In this document: piece by piece, positions 53,501 to 64,000 of the stretch | How positions within the stretch are numbered: position 1 is the first letter of the stretch | Layout of the letters: the number at the start of each line of letters is the position of its first letter | Assembly (NCBI GenBank): GCA_000934665.2 | Contig: KZ537965.1 | Coordinates: forward strand, 248,001-312,000 | DNA length: 64,000 nt | Reading direction: 5' to 3' | Source of the DNA: Catajapyx aquilonaris | Lineage: Eukaryota | Notes under the pieces: generated by a model | Seen by the model: the letters and a program-made list of their open reading frames with translations, nothing else | Told to the model about the DNA's origin: nothing | The model's database searches: none | Program-made: the position numbers and the translations under genes

Positions 53501-55101
53501 ATCAAACGGGTCTTACGGTAAATTATGTAATCCCGTATATATAGGACCTTGAATAAATTCCATGTTTGCTTTTTGCCCGAAAATGCAGTAGTTTTGTGCA
53601 TTACCCGCCATCAGTTGTTGAATATTTCAGATGCACTTGGTGCAATTATGTAATCCGCGGGCATGAAATAAGTATCGTGCTTCTGGTTTTCGACGAGCCG
53701 GAGAAAGCACAACTGGAAGCTGGAAAAGTTATTTCCACTGGAATCTTATAAATGCCGAGTTAGGGGTTGGAGGGGGGAAGGGGATGTCATGGTGGGCTCT
53801 TTCCGGATTCATTTTAAAACTGTAATTTCCTCGGTTAGTATCCTAATTATTGCCAGACAACGACAAATCCCCTTCCGCTTCCAGTTTTAAAACAAGTCCC
53901 TAAAAACCGTAAATACCACCGTTCAATGAGCATTAACTGCAAAAAGGGGTTTTGGCTGAGCTTGGTTTTTTTTGCAATGGCGACGGCCACATGGTGTGTC
54001 AGAAAATTTGGACCAAAATTAGACGGTGTTATGAAATAACGAGTCAACCAGCATGAGAACCATTTTGAGAAAATGGCGCACACCTGTGAAATTAATTATT
54101 TTCGCTCACTTATGGCAGAGGTATGCAAATTTCGCCAGAATGATTAATCAAGTACAATTCTTTGGGTCAATTTCCACATTTTTTGTGGATTGACACATTA
54201 TTACATAACACCGTCCGATTGTGCATAATACTTTATGATTATTCAGGATATTGTTATTTCTCAAGATATTGTGACAGATAAGAGGAAAGGTATCTTCCAG
54301 AAAATCCAATGATGCTGAGACTTCATCTCTGACTTGCGGATAATTTTTTTTTTTTGGGACACATTTAGAAGAGTCGCACAAGGCCCGAAAGATTGAGAGG
54401 TGCAGGACTCAGTCTTAATTGAAATGGATTCCAGAGTGACTCAGTGGGAGATTATTGGCCGCGCATCTTCATTTGAGAAAAGCTAGGAGAGGAGGGAGAA
54501 TCTAGCTATGATGAAGGGGATGTGCTTAGCGCCGGGATATGAGACTCATAGCAGCTCGATAGCCAAGAAAAATACATAGAAGGAATATTTGCAGCGGGAC
54601 ATGTCTTCACCCTTGATCGTGTCCTGTTTTCCCAACTAGTTTATTAGTTTTCTCGTGATGTATGACTTGGAGAGAGGCAGGGGAGGAGGTGAAGGCGGGG
54701 GGAGTCGCAGGAATGATGTGGATTTTGCACCCTCGGCGCATATAAATTATTTCCTTCTTCATCAAGTTGTAGTACATTCGGAATGGTTTGGGGGTGTAAT
54801 GCGGCGTACGAGATGAAATGCTCCGCTAGAGTCTTACCCTATCATTACCGGAACGATTTCTTTGTGAGAGTGTGTGTGACACAAATCAAGTTTGACAACC
54901 TCTAATTTGTTTGCCATGTGTTCAGCAGTCCCCTAATGCAAAGGTATAGCATGCAAAAAAAAAATCTATTAGTATGATTTGTTTAAGCGGGTACACAGAA
55001 TAGCAAAAATGGCTCGTGGCAATGGCACTATACTTCTGTAATGCGAAAAAAATTAATAAGTTACTCAAGTTTCCGGGTGACAGTACTAATTTACATGCAA
55101 A

Positions 55102-55280
55102 TCTTATATACTGTACTGTACATAAACCAGAAAGTGTTTCTGTTTGTTTGTATGTCTCGGCTACCTAACCCACTTCCACACCTCTGATAGTGCTGAAACT
55201 TGGCACACCGATGTCTTACGTGTCGCTGATTTGGGGGAAAAGTATAAAACACCCCACTTTTCTGTGAGTCTAAATGCCCA
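55102..55280 (+). mobile_element. Non-autonomous Helitron-like repeat, family B, copy 2
   Basis: Homologous to 31599-31740. Starts A|TCTTATATA, then ctgtttgtttgtatgtc and ctgaaacttggcaca. Confidence 0.7.
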
Positions 55281-58200
55281 AATGCCAGGACACTACAATT
55301 GGTGTCAGAAGTGGGATCTAGCCAGGCTGTATTTTTAAAAATACAAATTTTCGTATTCATCTGTGGCGATTTTACTCCCACCACAGATGACGATCCTACC
55401 CTCTCCTCCACTTATCAATCCCTTGCGAAGAACAGGTTCACTGCTACTGCTGCTAGTAATAAATAAATATTAATGTTCTATGCAATATTTTGTAGCAGCC
55501 TGTGTGACCTTTTCAGATTTTACTGTTTATTGAACATGATTGTTTAGTGACCAATTTATTAGACCTCGTTCAGACTTTTCTGGCCCCATTTTTTAAAAGG
55601 ATGACCCCCCCCCCCCCCCNAACCGATCCACTAAGAATTCTCCTAAATTGTAGTATAGAGACGAGAAGTCCAGGAGGTTTTTGGCGAGTCGCATTCTAAC
55701 TGTGCGCGCAATGACAAGCGAATGGGAATCGAACATTTGGGACTAATTTGTTTAGCAAGATTTGTGGGAAGACGGAGGTGGGGACAGGGGGAAAAGGGGG
55801 GGTTAGGGGAGAGTGGGAGGAGATTGAAGATCATGGGAATTGCATGGGAGTGGACTTGGCTCGAAGAGCGCATGTAATGAGCTTCCAAGTTTCGTGTCTT
55901 GTAAACCGGAAACACCATTAGTATTTACATCAGTGCCGTTGGGAAATTATTCCTCGGGTCTGAAAAGTTACTAAAGCAAGAATAGCACCGTTTTTGTCGC
56001 CGTCTCGGGGACTGGTGGTATAGGAGAGGGGGAGGGGGGACGATTTTTTTTTAAACACGCTAACCCTACTATTCTTTCGGCGACTAAGCTGTTCCAACGC
56101 TTCTTTATTGGACTTCTGCGTCACTTCGTGGTCACCACGTTGGGAACTTGCGAGCACGATCCCAGCACCGAATTTAGAAACTGGAGATGGCCATTGAAAT
56201 AATTAATCGTTTTTTTGCCTCCAACTTGAATAGCCGCAAAAGGGGACAGTATGTTCGCACATGACGTTCTCATTATTAGTGAATGACGTAAAAGAAAAAA
56301 AAATAGTATCCATTGAATACGTTCTCAGCCTTCAGGATGGGACTTCCCCCTAACATTTCACCACTTCTTTTTTTTGCTGCTCTCATCCCGAAATGAATTT
56401 AATAAAAAATGGGCGAAGCGGAAATAGCGCAATTCGCATGATTTTTGCCCTTGCAAAAATTGTTGCATCGTACTGTAGGCGAGCCTGGCACTTGTTGTGC
56501 GGCTACATTGCGGAAGCGGAGTGCTATTCAGAGAAACGTGATTAAGAAGGATTTCAAAAGGATGTGTGGTAATTCATTCAGGAAGCTAGGGATTCCCCCC
56601 TATATTACAGCGTTACTGTATACGCACACACTAAAAGGAAGGATGGGGAGAGAAAAAAAAATCAGTTTGTGTCAAGGCTAGCGGAAAAATGTGCCAAAAT
56701 ATTCGTCGGACCTGTAGTCGACAGATGTGGAAACAAATTACGTGTAAGGTGGGAATGGCGGCAGGAAGGTGTTTAGTATGTGAGCAAAACTGCGTGCTTT
56801 AGCACGCCCCAAATTCGCCGGAACAGTTTCGCAAGTGAACAGTATCACGCTCGGCAGATGAGATCCGGATGCGATATAATTTCCCAAAAGCCTGCAAGTC
56901 CATCTGGAGAAGAAAAAAAACATACCCAAAACAGTTGCAGCCAAGCAGTAATAAGGAAAAAAAAGAAATATTAAGAATATTATTTTCCACAGCATAAGTG
57001 CAAATTGAGTGTGAATTTGGCCCCATTTGTTTCTGGGCGACTCACCTAGTCCTCCCTCCAATTAATTTGAGGCTAATTAAAACATCCCGCATCTGTGGTT
57101 CAACACAAACAATCTGAACCCATCACACAACAAGCGAGCGGTGATCAGCCGAATGATCATATAACTGCGACTGATGCCCCAACCAGCTCGGACCACGATG
57201 ACCGATGACCCCACGCAGCTTCATCAGGTGTCCGGCCTGGATGCAAATGACGGCTCAATTACCACATTTACCTCTCTTTTGACCAGTCAAATTGAGATGT
57301 AACAATGGCTGGCCATAATGAGGGGATAATTTGTATAGGCTGCAAGACACATGCGCTACTCCAAGGGCACATAGTCACTTGTATTGTTGATATTTGCAAT
57401 TGGTAACCTTGAAACCAACAATCCAACGTGTCCAGATTTTAGGGCCACCCTGAATAATAGTGAAAATAATTTTTGCAATATTTTTTGACGTCTTCCTTAC
57501 ACTTTAATGGCCTCCAATTATGGGGACATAAGTCCACCGTCTTGCACTAATTTTCCGTCCAACTGGACATGAAAACTTGGGCTAAAACTATCGGAAGTGG
57601 GGGGGGGGGGGCTTCCCCTTTTATGACGCAATACAAGTATTGGCTATAAAGAAATCCAATGACATTGGCGGTCAGAAGGAATGGACTTCTTCACGGCTCA
57701 GACCCTACCCCCCTCTAAAAGGTTGTTTTTATGGCACCGGGTCATTCAGAGGCCTCTCGAAAAACCAGACGCAAGAAGATTTCCATTGAGTTTCTTTTTT
57801 TTTCTTTCCTTTTTCTTCTGGACCGTTCTCCAGGATAATTCTGGTGGAAACAGCCCCCAGCTCAGAGGAAGCCATCTAATGGGTCTTCAGTGTTGTTTGG
57901 GACGTTTCTGTTCTCATCGACTGTGCTTCCAGATGAATCGTAACTAGCCCACCCAGCCAGAGTGCCAAATGGTCCCTGTCCGGTGATTGGTTGGGAATGG
58001 TCTAGCCGTTTCCCCAGATAAGGAATGAGCCGGGGGTTCCCCGCAACCAGTCTTTTTCTTTTCTTTCTTTTTTTGTCCCGGGGAGAACCGGCGGTCATTT
58101 CGAACGTCCACGTTGCGTCAATAAAATGAATTGGTCGTCTGTCTCCGATGAGCGATTGTCAAGTCCGAGTCTCATTGGGGGGTGGCCAGAGTGGACGAAC

Positions 58201-61200
58201 CAGCTTTAATGATGCTCGACTGGGAAATTGTTCCGATTGGTTTTCCGGCGATGCAGATTCTTATACCCAGACTTGGCCATTACAAGCCCTCCCTAATTTT
58301 CGCAAGTAGATCCACACACCCTAGAGACCAATTTGCATAAATATGGCCAGGTGATAACTCAGGAGTTTAATCGCACCTGCCGAAAGTGCGTATAAATAAA
58401 ACCAACCTCCTACCTTTTCGGATGAAAAGCACGCTCAGCTATTCGGAGGACTAATAGCATATTTAGATTGGTTATCGGGTAGGAATTGTTAGCAGCATTG
58501 CGTGTCGCTTGTGTAATAATTCCTCAGGGTGGGTTGGGACCACCTGCAGATCCAGGGGAATTAAGCTTTCTTATATACCTGGGCTTTTTGAGAGGCAGCT
58601 GGTTTTAGTGGGCTTCCAACAGGTGGTAAAAAGAAGCAGGTGCGTTTTCTTATTCTTTCCCGCCCTCGTAAAAAAAGTACGTGATTGTAATGAGAAATTG
58701 TAAGAAGCGATCATCGTCACACGCACGTGCCTAAGTCATCTGCAAATAAAAAAGAACAAAGTTGCACGCAATATGTTTATACGGAAAAAGAGGTGACCCT
58801 GAAGTGACACCAGCTTCAGTGTCAGTGGGTCACCAGGGGTAGGTTTTTTCCCTCCAGGAAAATATAAATTGGAAGGGAGGCTGTGGATCAATCAGTGTCC
58901 AGTCACTGGACCAAGGCCGCAAATTAACAATTCTGATGATCTGGAGTTTAGGAAATAGTCTGGGGGGGCTAGGATCGGTTTTCCTTTTGATCAGAGCCGA
59001 CCCGTTGCGTCAGGCGGAAGTCGGAGTGAACACACAACTGCTGTCGCCTGGAATCGATTTCGCAACCTTACATTCCGTCTTCAAAGTGATGACACCACGA
59101 GTTTCCTCCTAGCGATCCAAATGGTAAAATTTTTTTAAAGGGTATAATGTGCCCCTGCTGCTCCTTCCCCCCTATTTCTGAGTGCGTGACACTAGAAGCG
59201 ATTCCCCATGTAATGCATTCCTTAGATGCCAGAATAGGGAACAAGAAGAGGTAGTCGGTAAGGAATGCTAAGCAGTCGTGATGGTGCATAAAACGTGCTT
59301 AGGCATGTACTTAGTAAGGAAAGGGGTGTGCACGGTGCAATATATCGAACGTACGATCTGTCTTCTGACAATATTTTATGGACAGTAAATTTTTTATATA
59401 TCAAATTAATTAAACAATTTTTATATATCGATACTTATCGATTTTTGGTGATGTATCGCAATTTGAATCACCAAAATTGATAAATGTAAATTCTGAGCCC
59501 TTTGATTCCTGGACTTCAGATCCCGATGGGGAATTCCTGCTATTCACACGCGACACGCATTATCCAGTGGTGTAAAATCCGGGAATAATCGGGATTTAAC
59601 ACAGAATGTGCCGGACCCCGTGCTGAGTAAGAAAGAAATATTTGGGAGTAATTGGGAATTTATATCCGACCTGGGAATTGGGAGGCAGCGGCGAGCTTTT
59701 TGTGGAGAGTCGCACTAGCATGTAAGTCTCGCGGGCAATTAGTTATCGGGGAGAGTTAATCCTATTATCTCACATGTGATACACGATCCTCTTCTCTCAT
59801 CTCTCTCTCTCGCTCTCTCCTGGAGCAAGCAGCCTCTCCACAAAAATCCTGGAAGGGTTTTTTTTTTCTCTCTCTAGCTAGGTTTTGCTGCTGCAATATC
59901 GAGCCTCGAAGGTTATCTGCAGGTGTATGATTTATTGGCTTGGAGCAAGGACGCTGGCACTTGACGAGCCGTGTGCCCATTACTTAGAGGAGACCGAGAG
60001 GAGACTGATGGATTGGCAACAGCAATTATGGTCAAAGTAATGAAACTGCCAAGTTGGTGAAGCAAGGCGATCGAAATTGGAGCCCAGAGATGAGGTGCTC
60101 CAGTTATTGACTGTGTATTTTTGAAGCTGGAAGCGCTACTTAAAAATATTGCTTGTAATGATAAGGAAGCTCCCTGACCTACGTCTAAAAATACACGAAA
60201 TATTCTGAAACTGATAGGCCCCTAATAATGCGCAGATTGGCAAATAAAGTTCAGTGCAATTGGATTGGGTATACGGTCACACAAACGCCACACAGACACA
60301 CCAACACAAATGCCGCCGGGATCCGGGACCCAGCACAAGTGTTGTGGTTTCGGAATATCGCGTACAGTACCGGTACCGGTATATTTACAACCATGGCTCC
60401 GAGTTACGTAACAGCAAACTTACGTAAGTCGGGATTTTCAATATAGCTGGACACAATTGGGTATTTAAAAAAGTGTCAAAACCCGATATCCGTATCATCC
60501 AGGTGTCTACAGTGTAGGCATATAAACGCAGGTCCTATAGTGTTATTGATTACTAGTGCTTATATGGCTGAAGAGAGAAGCTTTGAAGTTGTCTTCTCAC
60601 CGTCGGAAAGGAGTTAGTAACCATCTTTGAGAGGACACAAGTGGCTTAAGTGAACCTTATTTCGCATTTAGTCAGACGGGGAAGGTGGAAGGCTTTGCTT
60701 GCTAATGAATTAATTTCAGGTCATCATTTCAGTGCACATCGTTAATTAATTATTGTGTAGGTGTCGGCGCTGGAAAACATGTTTGCATTTCAAATTCATC
60801 CGGGTGCGGTTCAATATTTGCATATAAACAGGTACGGTTAATCTCAACGATCCGGGTCGGCAGGCCTGTTTATCGAATTGTTTTCTCATTCCTTTTTTTA
60901 CCAAAAAAACTCTCTCTCACACTGCACGAAAAAGCTAATTCTGCGCAATAGACCCAAAAAAGCGAGCGCACACACACAAAAAAAGGCGATTTAAAAAGGT
61001 GGCCTTTAGGGAGGCTGGAGAGATTCATGTGCACTATACTTCTTTCCGTGCGGACAAACCGATTCTTCAGGGAGGACTGGGCAGGTCCCAAGAGCGACGT
61101 TACGCATGGTAGGCAACATATTAAAAGCGTACAGCAGGAAGGGCCGTCGCTGGTCTGGAGATAAACGATAGGGTCGTACCCCTGCTACTACTTCTGGTCA

Positions 61201-61270
61201 CTCCGCCACATTCACTTTCGACAGGCAATCTGTTGAATAAAAGGCCAAATTCGGCATTTTCTCTCACAAT

Positions 61271-61582
61271 CGAGCGTTTTTATCCGGCGAGCGATTTTTT
61301 GACTCGTGAGTGATTTTTAACTCGCATGCGATTTCTGTCCGGCGAGCGATTTCTGTCCCATGAGCGATTTCTGGCCAGAGAGCGATTTCTGTCCCATTAG
61401 GGATTTTAACTCGTATGCGATTTCTGGTCAGTGAGCGATTTCTGTCCCACGAGCGATTTTAACTTGCATGCGATTTCTGGTCAGTGAGCGATTTCTGTCC
61501 CATGTGCGATTTTAACTCGCATGCGATTTCTGGTCAGTGAACTATTTCCGTCCCATGAGCGATTTTTTTACTCAGAAGCGAC
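61271..61582. repeat. 17/18-bp minisatellite with conserved GCGATTT core and a 53-bp higher-order repeat
   Basis: About 17 units. Three unit types (aactcgcatgcgatttct, ggtcagtgagcgatttct, gtcccatgagcgatttt) cycle in fixed order about three times from about 61408. Confidence 0.95.
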
Positions 61583-64000
61583 TACTTGTGTATAATTTCA
61601 CATCTGACTGATTGTTGGTCCAAAAAGTGGTGGAAATTGTAGAATCCGCGCGCGCAGTTAGAGACAGCGGCAGTGTGGCTATAAAAGGGGATATTAGCGT
61701 GATAGGTAATGGCTATTATCCGGGACAGTTAAGTCGGAAGAGAGGAAGTGTAATGAAACCACGGGACATAACCTTTTTCTCGGCGGGGGCGATGTCACGT
61801 CATCCTCCGTTGCTTTTAGTCGGAGAGAGAGCTCTGCTGCTGCCTTCCATTGCCTCTTTTTGGGACGAACTTGCAGTTGGACCAGACTTTTTCTGTCAAG
61901 AAGTCTCGAGACTTATGGTCCATTCATAGGCTCATCATCATTCGTCACATTCCTCGCGTCTCAGCTGCTTGCCTTTTTGCCACCCAAGAGCGGCTATATA
62001 CTGCTTACATACCCCCTTTAAATGGTCGGTTCCATCACTTTGGAGACGTTTTTTTTAATTTCGACGGCAGTTTTTGGGGGGATTTTCTGACTTGTTACTT
62101 AGGGTGGAATGTGCTTTCAAATATCCCAATGCTGTGCTGGAGACGATACGTGCATACGAATTGGTGGCTGAAATTGTTAAGTATAGTATAGTGGATGTCG
62201 CAAAAACTGGCGTGGGATCTTTCCTTGATCACGTGCTACTTACTGCTTTAAAGTGTTTTTGTCCGTTATTTTTAATGGGTTGAATTCATCTGATGTAATT
62301 GCAAATGGCAGCAACATTTAGCTGATTTCTAGATACCGGAACCACTGATTACGTTATCACTCATGGGATAATTATTTTCAAACATATTTATGAAAAATAT
62401 TACTCGACCATCGTAAGGACCATATAATATTAAACAATATTGACCAAAATGTGGCCTGCATTTCAATAAGCCTCCAACTATTATTATTGTAGTCTCTCAT
62501 CTCGTGCGCAGTATTGTAATTTATTTCTTAAAATTATTTTATCCTAGCCATCTTGCCGTGAGCTATTTGTCAAGTAATTGCGTAGAGTGTGGGAATATAT
62601 ACATAACTGGTATAATAATGGGCCGACAAATATGCAAAATAATAATAGCAATTAGGTAATAAAACTAAAGCCTTGCGATTGTTGACGAATGCATTAGGAA
62701 TAAAACTTTTTATGGAGCACGTGGTGCCCGCTGCTTTTTTTCTCTCTCTCTCTCTCAAAGCTAAGTTATCCTTGACAATTAATTATTATAATTTAAATAT
62801 GTGGCAAGTCACTACCAATAACTTATTAGGCTCCGTTAGTTTCGTAAGGGCAACTTCCTGGTGTAGGTTTCGTTTAAAAAATGGCGCTGGAAAGCTATCC
62901 CAAGTCTAGAACTTTGCGGCACACGCCATCATGAAAATTTTAAAATATGCCTGCAAACAATTTTTCAATGAGCTCCGGCCCCGTACATGTGTGTGGGAGG
63001 ATACATACATGCAAGTCACTTGAAGGTCAGCACATTGAGGAATTGACGTAGAATATTAGATAACCGTATTACCATGGACACTTCTGGGAATACATTACTA
63101 ACAACAGACCGACACGTGACAAATTGAACTGTTATTATTAAGTATAGGCTCATGAAGTCAGCATTTTTTATCTGATGAACCTTGCGTGTGATGATGCCCC
63201 TTTAAGAAAAACCGAAGGTAAAAAAAATTGTTGTCAAGAAACCTGGCGCCATGTACTATAATTGATTTTTTTTCTTCTTCAGAAGAATAGCGTATTGGAA
63301 GTAATGCTCATTATCACTTTATTTACGTCCCCAATTGACAAGAGTGTGCTTAACGCACATTTTTTTCTGATCCCCTTGCAAAATATCCCCTGGTAAGTTT
63401 ATGCAACAAGAGTGGCTTACTGGGTCTTTGCACACTACGCGAGCACCTCGCACGGCAGCAAAGCCCAGGAATTAGAAATGTAAACTCCGGAGCTTGTCGG
63501 AGTGTGTCGTACTCGAAAAGGTGTACTACTCTAGATAGTACAACCACTTTTCAGGCTACAGTTGGTGCCAAAAGCCTTTTCACGTCCCAGCATAAACGCT
63601 GACTTCATTTTTTTTCAAGTCTTTTTTTTTGTCCTCTTCTTTTCGGCCAGCTCGGCATTCATTAGCACACCATTGACGCCACAAGTCCTCCGCTAACTTG
63701 GGGAGAAAATACGATTCTCCACGTGCGAAGGATGTGACATTGTTGGGGGTCGTAAATTGACTAAGAGCATCATCTGGGCAGAAAAATACTTGGGAGGTTT
63801 TTCCTAGAAAACTGAGCTGTAAATAGCTCCTTGACACGGATTCTGCGAATTGGTTCTCCTAATTAATCCGGGCTCACAGAATGTGCAGAACTATTAGCAA
63901 AAATAGCTGGCGAGCAAAGAGCAGGTGACGTGAACACGTGTTAAGCGTTTGTTTTCATCGTCCTCATTCCGCCCCCACACTTGTGTTTTTGCAATATCCG

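Noticed and set aside
53786..53806. tgtcatggtgggctctttcc resembles miR-281
   Set aside because: There are several mismatches and no complementary arm to form a precursor hairpin.
61271..61582. CRISPR-like repeat/spacer appearance
   Set aside because: The core is only about 7 bp, the linkers are about 10 bp and themselves repeated, there are no cas genes, and the context is eukaryotic.
1..64000. tRNA/SINE B-box-like GGTTCGA hits (about 60, 1912, 20567, 47538) and lone TATA-like boxes (31533, 42611, 43248)
   Set aside because: There is no cloverleaf or A-box for the former, and no supporting initiator or downstream gene for the latter.

Overview
This window looks like non-coding eukaryotic genomic DNA, most likely an invertebrate animal. 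GC is moderate (roughly 40-45% by eye), CpG is not visibly depleted, and G/C and A/T homopolymers and short microsatellites are abundant. I recognise no protein-coding gene, RNA gene, CRISPR array or intact transposase. The ORF track (maximum 183 aa, overlapping on both strands) looks like background. The supportable features are: two hairpin MITEs (a Tc1/mariner-type one at 8191-8326 and one with 32-bp TIRs at 48735-48876); two small families of non-autonomous Helitron-like repeats, each present twice; several minisatellites, one with a higher-order structure; and a few isolated splice or promoter signals. The most unusual signals are a strong excess of the extended octamer motif TATGCAAATT, a candidate recursive splice site (Y-tract-CAG|GT) at 27413/27414, and a CTCF-like motif carried in a Helitron-like repeat. 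The window is best read as a large intron or intergenic regulatory domain. I did not find a convincing novel gene system.
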